Shown: positions 18,498 to 27,102 of the stretch, piece after piece
Layout: the number at the start of each line of letters is the position of its first letter
How positions within the stretch are numbered: the first letter of the stretch is position 1
From: an uncultured bacterium
GTDB lineage: Bacteria; GCA-001730085
Assembly (NCBI GenBank): GCA_964565945.1
Contig: CAZMGY010000021.1
Location: 90,001-122,000 of the forward strand
Reading direction: 5' to 3'
Length of the DNA: 32,000 bases
Program-made: the position numbers and the translations under genes
The notes under the pieces: generated by a model
Told to the model about the DNA's origin: nothing
Databases searched by the model: none
Seen by the model: only the letters and a program-made list of their open reading frames with translations

Positions 18498-20765
18498 TTA
18501 GAAAAAACCACCCATGCTAAAGTGAAGGCGACTATCATCCTCATGATCTGCAGCATCAAGCGCAAAACCATAGTCTAACTTAATAGGACCTAAGGGTGTT
18601 TTCACCCGCACACCAAAGCCGAGTCCTTTCTTGAGGTCTCCAAGATCCCAGTCATCACCACCTTCCCACACATTACCCGCATCGGCAAAGATCGCCCCAC
18701 GAACCATTTCAAAAAGAGGGAACGAGTACTCTGCATTCAAAATCAACATTGCACTACCCCCGACAGCCTCAGAACGCTCTTGAGGACCTACGGAACGATC
18801 TTCGTAACCACGAACAGACGACGCCCCTCCCGCATAAAAGCGCTCATAGAAAGGAACGGTTTTGGTTTCACTGTAAGAATCAATCGCTCCAATTCGAAAA
18901 CGCATATCCAAAATCCACTTGTCCCAGGTTTCGAAGAACCAATTAGAAGAGTGTAAATAGCGAACAATATCAATATTTCCACCCAAAATACCACCACTTG
19001 ACTCTAGCGAAAAAGAGTGCAACGCACCTTCCCTGGCAAATTGTGCATTATCCCGAGTGTCACGCGAAAACTTAATGCCAAGAGTATTGATGGTTTTTTC
19101 ACCAGCTTCAGAGATAATCGTGCCTGGCAATTCAGCCGCATTTTTAATATTAATATCCACTTTTTCGTGCTTAAAGTGTCCTAAAATGTAATTATGCTCA
19201 CCAATCGGATGACCCAAACGAACACTCGCACCTTTACGGCCTTCTTTATAATCTGTCCGATCCCATTCGCGGTTATAACTATCAAATCCGAAAAGAAGAG
19301 GCTTATCAAATAACCATGGTTCGGTGAAACCTAGACTATAAGTTTTGCGAATACCCCCAAATTCAACACGAACATGCATGCGCTGACCCGCACCAACAAA
19401 AGAAGGGAATCCAAATAAATCAAAGTTATTTTGCGCCACTTCCAAAAATCCAACAAACTTATCGATGGAGCTATACCCCCCACCTAAACTGAACTCCCCT
19501 GTTTTCTTTTCTTTAACGTTGATAATCAAATCTCGCATACTTGGCTCTGAGCCAGGAGCTGTTTCAAAAGACACGTCTTCAAAATAGTTGAGGTTAAATA
19601 ACTTTTGACGGCTACGCTTAATTTTTTGACCATTAAATGGTTCCAAGGGATGAATTTTGAGTTCTCGACGAATCACTTTATCTCGAGTGCGAACATTCCC
19701 CTGAATCACAATCCTCTCTACATAGACCAAATCATTTTCCTGGATTGTGTAGGTAACATCCACAAGACCCACTTCGTCATTAATGTATGTGGAAGGTCTA
19801 ATCCGTGCATAGACATATCCCCGATCGGAGTAATACTCTTGAATGGCACGTTGATCCTGTAGTAAGCCAATTTGGCTAAAAACTTCACCTTCAACCATCT
19901 TAAGACTATCTTCCACCTCTTCAACGGGAAAAAGCTCTGCCCCTTTCACTTCTAAGATTCCAACGCGATACAAAGGTCCTTCATTAACCTCGATCGATAG
20001 TGTCAAACCTCTGCCATCTTCACTATAGGTTAGCTGAGGTTGTCCCACCACCGCATTCATAAACCCTTTGAATTTGTAGAAAGCATCCAAACGTTGAATA
20101 TCTTCTTCCAAAGTTTCCTCTTTGAAGATACCTCCACCAAAAATCCACTTTTGCTTGGTTTGCATCAACTTCTTCAATTTGGTGGAAGGAATACTATCAT
20201 TGCCAATAAATTCGATGTCGCACACAAAAACTCGCTTCGCTTCGTGAACCATAAGTAAAACATTCACCTGACGAGTAAAATTATCAACAGTCACCTGCGG
20301 GTCAATTTCAACCTTATAGAAACCTTTTTGCTGGTACATGTCGCGCACTTTCTTAACCGCTTCATGTAAAACTTTTTTGTTAAAGATCTGCCCTTCAGAA
20401 AGACCTAATTCTTTAAGGAGAATAGCCTTACCAAAAATGCGATTCCCCATAACATCAACACTACCGATCGAAAATTTCTCCTCAACAACAAAAGTGAGGG
20501 CAACACCGCCAGCAATATCATCAACCTCAGCAGTCACATCCGAAAAGTAACCTAAGGAATAAATTCTTCTTAAATCGTCATTAACTGTTTCTTTAAGAAA
20601 TGCCTCTCCAACTTTAGACTGTAGCTGGGACAACACAACCTCAGAACTCACAGAAACGTTACCAACAACATCAACATCGGCAACACGATCCTCTTCAGCA
20701 ACAGCCCTTAGTAGACCCCCACTTACGCATAGACACAGCCACAACCCCAACAATAGTCGTTTCAT
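18498..20765 (-). CDS. bamA: Outer membrane protein assembly factor BamA (Omp85).
   Basis: Signal peptide MKRLLLGLWLCLCVSGGLLRAVA, POTRA-like repeats, and a C-terminal barrel ending FSMGGFF. The track start at 20771 is a TTG; the ATG at 20765 is more likely. Confidence 0.92.
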   Translation of the reverse strand: MKRLLLGLWLCLCVSGGLLRAVAEEDRVADVDVVGNVSVSSEVVLSQLQSKVGEAFLKETVNDDLRRIYSLGYFSDVTAEVDDIAGGVALTFVVEEKFSIGSVDVMGNRIFGKAILLKELGLSEGQIFNKKVLHEAVKKVRDMYQQKGFYKVEIDPQVTVDNFTRQVNVLLMVHEAKRVFVCDIEFIGNDSIPSTKLKKLMQTKQKWIFGGGIFKEETLEEDIQRLDAFYKFKGFMNAVVGQPQLTYSEDGRGLTLSIEVNEGPLYRVGILEVKGAELFPVEEVEDSLKMVEGEVFSQIGLLQDQRAIQEYYSDRGYVYARIRPSTYINDEVGLVDVTYTIQENDLVYVERIVIQGNVRTRDKVIRRELKIHPLEPFNGQKIKRSRQKLFNLNYFEDVSFETAPGSEPSMRDLIINVKEKKTGEFSLGGGYSSIDKFVGFLEVAQNNFDLFGFPSFVGAGQRMHVRVEFGGIRKTYSLGFTEPWLFDKPLLFGFDSYNREWDRTDYKEGRKGASVRLGHPIGEHNYILGHFKHEKVDINIKNAAELPGTIISEAGEKTINTLGIKFSRDTRDNAQFAREGALHSFSLESSGGILGGNIDIVRYLHSSNWFFETWDKWILDMRFRIGAIDSYSETKTVPFYERFYAGGASSVRGYEDRSVGPQERSEAVGGSAMLILNAEYSFPLFEMVRGAIFADAGNVWEGGDDWDLGDLKKGLGFGVRVKTPLGPIKLDYGFALDAADHEDDSRLHFSMGGFF

Positions 20766-20839
20766 AAACAATAGCCCCTAAATTTACAACGCAATTCCCT
20801 CAAATTACAAACCCTTTCTAGGGTATAATAGTTTCCTTA

Positions 20840-20873
20840 TTTTGACAATAAACTTCTCCTCCTCATGTCAAAA
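20840..20873. promoter_or_regulatory. Inverted repeat (TTTTGACA-N18-TGTCAAAA) between the BNR-protein gene and bamA.
   Basis: Perfect 8-bp arms are seen directly. The spacer on the minus strand is tgaggaggagaagtttat. The element starts 11 nt after the upstream stop and lies 75-108 nt before the bamA ATG. It has no following T-tract, so it is not a classical terminator. Confidence 0.3.
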
Positions 20874-20883
20874 AAATCTTCTA

Positions 20884-22449
20884 CTAAGTCTTTAATTGGA
20901 GCTGTTTCGAAAACCACCCTCGCGTGTAAGCATCCAAACGAGCTGTTAACTCATCAATGCGCAGTAATTTGAAGGCTTTATCTTGACCACTGATTTCCGA
21001 CTTGAGAGCTAATTCCATCTGTTCTCGTCGTCGCTCGAAATAAATACGTGTCACTTCGTCTAAAACATTCTCTCTTAATTGCACCATCTGCTTCGAGCGC
21101 GAATCAATTGATGTTTGGGCCGAGCTATAAAGAAACTCCCCCAAATCCCAAGACACAGCCACACCCCATTTGCGATCATGCTCCACGGGACGATCAATGA
21201 TCTTTCCATTTGAATACACATTAAAGCGATCAATGTGATCTCGTGAAAAAGAAAAATTTACATCTGGCCACAGGGCTTGCTTCTTAGCCTGGTCCCTCAA
21301 GAGGTCAATCTTCCCCTTATCCACCTCTGCATACCAAATGGCTTTTTGTTGGACATCTTGGACAGATGGCTCATGAGCGAAGTCCCATTCATTTGACCAT
21401 TGATCCCAGGCTTTCATATCTAAGGATGCCTCCCAGCGATAAAGACCATGCGAGCTTAAACACACAACCGCGGGGCCAAGTGACCATATCCCGTAGATAG
21501 CGCTTTGCTCCAAACCTTCTTGTTTCCTTTTCCAAAAAAGAGCCCCCGATTTTAAGCCAAAAACTCCTTGATCACTAGCAACCCAAACCTGTTCACCAAC
21601 GTAAAGATCGTGAATATATTCATAATCGGGCAAGCCTCCGTTAGGGATTGATTTAGCTTCCCATCCATCGGCCTGCAACTGAAAACACTTAACCCCTTCC
21701 GATGAAACATACCAGAGTCGCTTATACGCCTCATCCCAAACTAATCCTCCTGTCTTCAAGCTATGGATATCGAAAGAATAATCCGTATCGTCATCGGTCT
21801 CAGGAGCCGCCTCGACAAGATCTTCATCTTCGCTCACTTGCACGTAGAAGCGGTCCAGTACAAGCCAACTCTGCCCGTAATCGGCCGAATACAACACCCC
21901 ATGAGAAGCTAAGGCAAACACGCGTCGCCCACTAATTTGCACCGCAGTGACCCAATGCTGACCTCGCGTACGATACACCTCGCTCCACGAGACCCCACCA
22001 TCAATGGAGTGTATAAGCGTTTGACGTGTGCTTAACCAAATATCCGATCCCGTCTCACTGACCCATACATTTAAAATTGGATCATCGGTGGCAATTTTTT
22101 TTAGCGTGCACACCCGCTCTGGAGTTACATGGTAAAGTTTCGTCGCCGTTGCCACCACAACCTTCTCGGAAGACACAACTGCAAAAGAGCGAATCTCTTC
22201 GGAACGGTTTGTTTTAAAAAAACACGTCCACACGCCCTCCTTAAGAACCCAAACATGCTTCGCCGTTGCGATAAAAGGATTCTCTGTTCGGTATTGCACC
22301 GTCGGACTTATCGGTGGCGTCAAACTTTGACGCTGCGACAAATAACGTCCAACAGGTTTCCAAACAGCTTCCAAATAAGTACTGCCAGCTCCCAACATCA
22401 GCAAACTTATCCCCACCGTCCAAAGTTTTTTAAGCACAAGGTTTTTCAT
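20884..22449 (-). CDS. Secreted protein with BNR/Asp-box (SxDxGxxW) beta-propeller-like repeats and a TolC/OEP-like C-terminal region; function unknown.
   Basis: ATG at 22449 with GGAGG 8 nt upstream. Signal peptide MKNLVLKKLWTVGISLLMLGAGSTYLEA. Asp-boxes SIDGGVSW (21985-22008) and SADYGQSW (21865-21888). Acidic linker SEDEDLVEAAPETDDDTD. The C-terminal ~160 aa shows an OEP-repeat-like pattern (ALWPDVNFSFS..., WGVAVSWDLGEFLY...). Confidence 0.6.
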   Translation of the reverse strand: MKNLVLKKLWTVGISLLMLGAGSTYLEAVWKPVGRYLSQRQSLTPPISPTVQYRTENPFIATAKHVWVLKEGVWTCFFKTNRSEEIRSFAVVSSEKVVVATATKLYHVTPERVCTLKKIATDDPILNVWVSETGSDIWLSTRQTLIHSIDGGVSWSEVYRTRGQHWVTAVQISGRRVFALASHGVLYSADYGQSWLVLDRFYVQVSEDEDLVEAAPETDDDTDYSFDIHSLKTGGLVWDEAYKRLWYVSSEGVKCFQLQADGWEAKSIPNGGLPDYEYIHDLYVGEQVWVASDQGVFGLKSGALFWKRKQEGLEQSAIYGIWSLGPAVVCLSSHGLYRWEASLDMKAWDQWSNEWDFAHEPSVQDVQQKAIWYAEVDKGKIDLLRDQAKKQALWPDVNFSFSRDHIDRFNVYSNGKIIDRPVEHDRKWGVAVSWDLGEFLYSSAQTSIDSRSKQMVQLRENVLDEVTRIYFERRREQMELALKSEISGQDKAFKLLRIDELTARLDAYTRGWFSKQLQLKT

Positions 22450-22482
22450 CCTGAAAGCCTCCAAGAAAGTCCTTGGGTTTTG

Positions 22483-22510
22483 AACAAATTGATCTATAAT
22501 TTAATTAAAT
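22483..22510 (+). promoter_or_regulatory. Candidate promoter for the polysaccharide (Wzy_C/OPX/PCP) genes.
   Basis: TTGGGT (22483-22488), N16, and a perfect TATAAT (22505-22510), located 68 nt upstream of the TTG start at 22578. Confidence 0.4.
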
Positions 22511-22577
22511 GCAGCCTCAAAGAAGGCTCCTAGGAGATTAACAAAATTTTAACGAGAAAACAAGTAGAGAAATCATT

Positions 22578-24062
22578 TTGACACTCAACCGTTCAACCCA
22601 AATCCAGCTCTTTTTTGGCCTTCTCACCGCCTTATTCATAGCTCCTTTCTATCTGAGCACATGGAACAAACTATTGCCTTTTCTTGTTATCATTCTTGGA
22701 TTTATTATTTTTTTATACATATCTTATAAATTCTGGATTTACTTATTTGTGCTATCACTTCCCCTCTATCTACGCATTCCGCTAGGTGTCGACATCCCCT
22801 TACCCCTTGTCTTTTTAGGCAGCATTACCTTTGCGCTTGTTTTTGAAAAGCTCTACCTCAAAAAAAGCACAGACACCCATATCAACATTGCCGAAGTTTT
22901 TTTATTGTTTTCTGTCGCTATTATCATCTTTTCCATCCTAAGGTCTTGGCACATCCCCTTAGACTGGAAAAGCCTTTATTACAAGCCCTACGAAAAACCA
23001 TTTATCCGCAGCATCATTCTCGCCCTATATCTTTGCCTATGCTTTTTGTCATCCTTGATTATCTCTCGAACTGTTCACTCTCAAAAACAGTTAAAATCCA
23101 TCCTAGCCGTTTATACCTTCAGCGGATGCTGTGTTCTTATCCTAGGAGCCTATGCTTATGTTCAAGCGCTCAATTTTCCAATCCCCAAGATTCCCGCTTT
23201 GTACGGACTCCTTTCTCTGGCCAACATGCATTCGGAAGGATTATCGCTGTTTCGCTTGCAAGGGTTTTGCCAAGAACCTGCGCTGGCTGGAAGGCTCTTT
23301 TTATGTATTTTTTTCTCTTTGATCATTTTTATCAAGGACAAGCCTAAAACCGTTATTTTGTTCTTAATTCTCACCATTTTTTGTATCATTGCCACTTTTT
23401 CGCGTTCAGCCTGGTTCATTATGGGCATCACTGTCGCGGTCTTCACATTTATCAAGATTTCCTTTAGCCCTCATCGAGCCAAAATATTCCTAAGGTTTAC
23501 CCTTTTAGTGACCATTTGCATTACCATTGCAAGTTTGGTTTACTCCACCAACGAAAATTTTCAAAACTTTCTTGACACAATGGTCCTGAACAACTTTAAA
23601 TCTTCAAATGACTACATCGTGGCCGATCTGTCCGCATCCATCCGTCTTTCCAACCTTATTATGACCAAGCGTATTTTTGCCGAATACCCTTTTCTAGGGA
23701 TAGGTGTTGGCAACCTGCCTTTTCACTCTCATCTTTATTTCGTTTATATTTCTTACATCTCTGAATATTTTGGCATTACCATAAATGCTATTGGCAACAG
23801 TTACGCCCAATATCTCATCGAAACAGGCCTTATCGGCCTAACCTTTCTCCTACTTTTTTTCGCCAGTCACTTATTACTTGTCCTTAAAACAATTGTTCTC
23901 GCTCAATCTCCAGAACAACGCCATATATTCACCTGCCTGTTCTGCACCATTTTTGCCAATATCTTACACTCTCTCTTCTTTTCTTTTCAATTTTTTAACT
24001 TTTGGTTTTTTATCGGACTTTCCCTTTTTATAGTTCAAGATCATAGCAACACAACTCAATAA
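22578..24062 (+). CDS. O-antigen ligase/polymerase family (Wzy_C domain) polytopic membrane protein.
   Basis: 494 aa with roughly 10-12 TM segments. Contains ATFSRSAWFIMG followed by a large loop with RLSNLIMTKRIFAEYPFLGIGVGN, as in WaaL/Wzy-type proteins. TTG start; there is no in-frame ATG in the N-terminal third. Confidence 0.7.
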   Translation: MTLNRSTQIQLFFGLLTALFIAPFYLSTWNKLLPFLVIILGFIIFLYISYKFWIYLFVLSLPLYLRIPLGVDIPLPLVFLGSITFALVFEKLYLKKSTDTHINIAEVFLLFSVAIIIFSILRSWHIPLDWKSLYYKPYEKPFIRSIILALYLCLCFLSSLIISRTVHSQKQLKSILAVYTFSGCCVLILGAYAYVQALNFPIPKIPALYGLLSLANMHSEGLSLFRLQGFCQEPALAGRLFLCIFFSLIIFIKDKPKTVILFLILTIFCIIATFSRSAWFIMGITVAVFTFIKISFSPHRAKIFLRFTLLVTICITIASLVYSTNENFQNFLDTMVLNNFKSSNDYIVADLSASIRLSNLIMTKRIFAEYPFLGIGVGNLPFHSHLYFVYISYISEYFGITINAIGNSYAQYLIETGLIGLTFLLLFFASHLLLVLKTIVLAQSPEQRHIFTCLFCTIFANILHSLFFSFQFFNFWFFIGLSLFIVQDHSNTTQ

Positions 24063-24150
24063 AATTCATAGACAGAGCATGTCCCCTCCCATTAGAATAG
24101 TAGCCGTTACGTATGCATAACTTTTAACCCCGTTCCAAAGGATTGATAGA

Positions 24151-27087
24151 ATGAATTATAGAGATTTACTTAAACCCACATGCATGTGGGTAAGTTTATT
24201 TTGCATTCAAACACTTCATGCACAAGATATAGCCTTACTCATGACCCAAGCACAAGATTATTTATCACAACTTGATTCTAGGTCTCAGCAACAAACCTCC
24301 ACCCAAGCCAGCTTCGAAATCCCCCTGGTTCGCATTCAAAGCCCTTACACCTATCAGAATTTCGAAGCCGACATCGATGTCAAAAGCCCTGCTTACTTGG
24401 CCAGCCAACTCAAGGTCATTTGTCCCTACACTGGTAAAGCCTTTTTCATTGGCCCCAAAGACCTTGAATATTCCTCCAACTTGGTGTTTAAAAAAGTGCG
24501 CTCGCCCTATACAGGGCAGTTTTTTAGTGCTAATATCGACATTGACGCTCTACTTACAGGGGATATCCGTGAACAAATTTTAGCCTGCCCCTACACTGGA
24601 AAAACATTTAAGTTTTCACTGTCCGAATCCAACAAACATGGAACCTTTTCTACATCGGAAACCAGCTTTCAAATGATCCTCGATCCTCGTGTCAATAAAT
24701 TTTTCAAAGTCTTTACTAACAACGGCAAATTTCCTTTAACCGCCATCTCCCCTTATTCAGGAGTCCTAATTCAATTACCCACCGCAGGAGAGAACAAAAA
24801 GAATTTATCTCCCATTGAAAAAACATTTAACAACATCCTTTTGCAAAACAAAGCAACAGAACATATCTACCAGTTTGGGTATAATATCTTCAATCATCAA
24901 CGGGCTAATATCAGCCACAATCGCGACAAAAAAAGCCTCCTATCATCGAAAACACGACCCTCTAATAACCTTTTTAACACAAAGAGCCTTTTGGGAATCA
25001 TCCCCAGAGCGAAGACCAGCTTCGAAGAAGAAACTTTTGAGCCCATCGAAAGTTGCCCTGTATCTCCAGACTACATCATTGGTCCTGATGATGAGTTCAT
25101 CATCGATATTTGGGGTAAAGCCCAACAAGAAATTATGGTTATGGTTTCACGCGATGGAAAAATTCTTTTACCAAAGATTGGCCCTATCTATGTATGGGGC
25201 AAAACATTCAAAGAAGCCATTGAATTGATCAAAGAAAATATGAATCAACAATACACCAATATTCAAATCAACGTCACTATGGGACGCCTCAGAACCATCC
25301 GTGTGTTTGTATTGGGCGATGTTGTCAGACCTGGAGGTTACATTTTAAGTTCTCGCTCTACTGCCTTTCATGCTCTTTTTCGAGCACTCGGCCCCACCAA
25401 AAAAGGTTCCTTGCGCAATGTCACTATTAAAAAAAGAACTGGCGACATCATTACGCTCGACCTTTACAACCTAATCTTAAATGGAGATATCTCTAAAGAT
25501 GTGCGATTGGAAAGCAACGACATCGTCTTTATCAATACCATTGGACATATCATCGGAATTGCTGGTGAAGTGAAAAAACCCGCGATCTACGAAACCAAAG
25601 AAGCTTTAACCATAGATCAAGCCATTTCACTGGCAGGGGGCTTTTCTCACTTGGCTAGAAAAAATCATCTCCAGTTAATCCGCACAAGCAACCAAAAAGC
25701 CCCCATCATCGAGGATATCGACTACCTTAAACACTCACAGATAGTGCTCGCTCCAGGGGACGTTATTATCGTTCCCCAGATCAACATGACACCTTCGAAT
25801 TTTGTCATCTTAGAAGGTCACACCTCGGAGCCAGGAAAATATGCTTTTTCTCCCAACATGTCGCTCAAATCCCTTTTTCAAAAATCCGGAGCCTTTTTGC
25901 CCAATACTTACACCAAGCGCCTTGAAATCATCCGCAAAACCGCTGGACTGCATGATAAAATCATTTCTCTCGACTTCTCTCAGAATACCGAAGCTGTGCT
26001 AGAACAGTTTCGCTTGCACAACCACGACCGCATCCGTCTTTTTTCACGCCAAGAGGTTCGCACCCGTACGACCATTGAAGTTCGCGGAATGGTCAATAAC
26101 CCTGGTAAATATCAATATTACACAGATATAACCATTAATGATCTGCTTTTCTCGGCTGGAGGGCTCAACGTTCCTCCGAGCAATGCCATTGCCGAAATCT
26201 ATACCAAAAGTTCCCAGAAAGGAGGAAAGCTCTTAGAGATTCCTCTGAACAATATTATCAATAATCCCAACGGGCCTTCTAATATTAAGCTTTTACCCGA
26301 CAATATTCTCATCATTAGAGGCCAAAAAGTTGCTTCGGGTACCCAAACCATTACTCTCGAAGGTGCCTTTAAAAATCCTGGAGAATTCATTGTTTGTCCC
26401 AATGATCGTCTATCCGATATTATCTTTCGTGCAGGAGGCTTCCGCGACGATGCCTTTTTACCAGGAGCCAAATTTTTGCGTAAATCCCTCAAGAAAGCGC
26501 AAGAAAAATTTGCCGAGCAAGCGACTCTTAATGAACGAAGAAATCTGCTCAAAGAAGAAGCCCTCCTTATTAAAGGGACTCATAACGGAGATACGAGTGC
26601 CAATAATCGTTCGGACCTTCTTTTTCATCGCAAAGAACTCTTAAACCTTCTCTCGAAATCACGTATCACAGGGCGCATGCTCATCACCCTATCCGACATG
26701 GAAACATTTGTTGGTTCAAATCAAGACATTTCTCTTGAAAATGGTGATCGACTGATCGTCCCCGTCACCCCATCAACCGTTCAAGTTCTCGGAAGCGTAT
26801 ATAATAACGCAGCAGTCTTGTACGAGTTTGGACGAGGTGCCTTGTATTACATTGGAAAGCTTGGAGGGTTTATGCCAGGAGCTAACCGCAAAAATGTATA
26901 CATTATTCGTGCCAACGGAGAAGTCATTAGTAACTTTTTTAAAATCAAAGAAATTGCTCGCGGCGACACCATCGTTGTACCAGAATCTTTCCACTACAAA
27001 ACACCTCAGGGCGTTTTGGTCAAAGACACCGTGGAAATTCTCTACAAACTGGCATTGGGCGCTGCTGTGATTGCCAACTTAAATTAA
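24151..27087 (+). CDS. Large outer-membrane polysaccharide export (OPX, Wza-like) protein with a novel N-terminal repeat module.
   Basis: Signal peptide (...FCIQTLHA). Poly_export motif YIIGPDDEFIIDIWGK...DGKILLPKIGPIYVWGKTFKE. About six SLBB-like units (IRVFVLGDVVRPGGY, IGIAGEVKKPAIYE, VILEGHTSEPGKYAF, IEVRGMVNNPGKYQY, ITLEGAFKNPGEFIV, VQVLGSVYNNAAVLY). C-terminal hydrophobic helix ILYKLALGAAVIANL. Confidence 0.8.
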   Translation: MNYRDLLKPTCMWVSLFCIQTLHAQDIALLMTQAQDYLSQLDSRSQQQTSTQASFEIPLVRIQSPYTYQNFEADIDVKSPAYLASQLKVICPYTGKAFFIGPKDLEYSSNLVFKKVRSPYTGQFFSANIDIDALLTGDIREQILACPYTGKTFKFSLSESNKHGTFSTSETSFQMILDPRVNKFFKVFTNNGKFPLTAISPYSGVLIQLPTAGENKKNLSPIEKTFNNILLQNKATEHIYQFGYNIFNHQRANISHNRDKKSLLSSKTRPSNNLFNTKSLLGIIPRAKTSFEEETFEPIESCPVSPDYIIGPDDEFIIDIWGKAQQEIMVMVSRDGKILLPKIGPIYVWGKTFKEAIELIKENMNQQYTNIQINVTMGRLRTIRVFVLGDVVRPGGYILSSRSTAFHALFRALGPTKKGSLRNVTIKKRTGDIITLDLYNLILNGDISKDVRLESNDIVFINTIGHIIGIAGEVKKPAIYETKEALTIDQAISLAGGFSHLARKNHLQLIRTSNQKAPIIEDIDYLKHSQIVLAPGDVIIVPQINMTPSNFVILEGHTSEPGKYAFSPNMSLKSLFQKSGAFLPNTYTKRLEIIRKTAGLHDKIISLDFSQNTEAVLEQFRLHNHDRIRLFSRQEVRTRTTIEVRGMVNNPGKYQYYTDITINDLLFSAGGLNVPPSNAIAEIYTKSSQKGGKLLEIPLNNIINNPNGPSNIKLLPDNILIIRGQKVASGTQTITLEGAFKNPGEFIVCPNDRLSDIIFRAGGFRDDAFLPGAKFLRKSLKKAQEKFAEQATLNERRNLLKEEALLIKGTHNGDTSANNRSDLLFHRKELLNLLSKSRITGRMLITLSDMETFVGSNQDISLENGDRLIVPVTPSTVQVLGSVYNNAAVLYEFGRGALYYIGKLGGFMPGANRKNVYIIRANGEVISNFFKIKEIARGDTIVVPESFHYKTPQGVLVKDTVEILYKLALGAAVIANLN
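24340..24780 (+). repeat. Protein-level tandem repeat of 5-6 units of 27-28 aa with core [CS]PY[TS]GxxF, inside the OPX gene.
   Basis: The cores are SPYTYQNF (aa 64), CPYTGKAF (aa 91), SPYTGQFF (aa 118), CPYTGKTF (aa 146), a degenerate DPRVNKFF (aa ~178) and SPYSGVLI (aa 200). Spacing was counted directly from the translation. Confidence 0.7.
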
Positions 27088-27102
27088 AAGGATTAATCAC
27101 TC

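Noticed and set aside
20823-20828. Perfect TATAAT on the plus strand in the BNR-bamA intergenic region.
   Set aside because: Its orientation would drive transcription antisense into the BNR gene, there is no suitable -35, and the AT-rich context makes a chance hit likely.
22946-23347. Alternative-frame ORFs inside the Wzy_C gene (22946-23347) and the OPX gene (24272-24583, 24815-25228, 26330-26644, 26828-27070).
   Set aside because: They are same-strand off-frame ORFs inside long, motif-supported genes. There is no independent evidence for overlapping coding.
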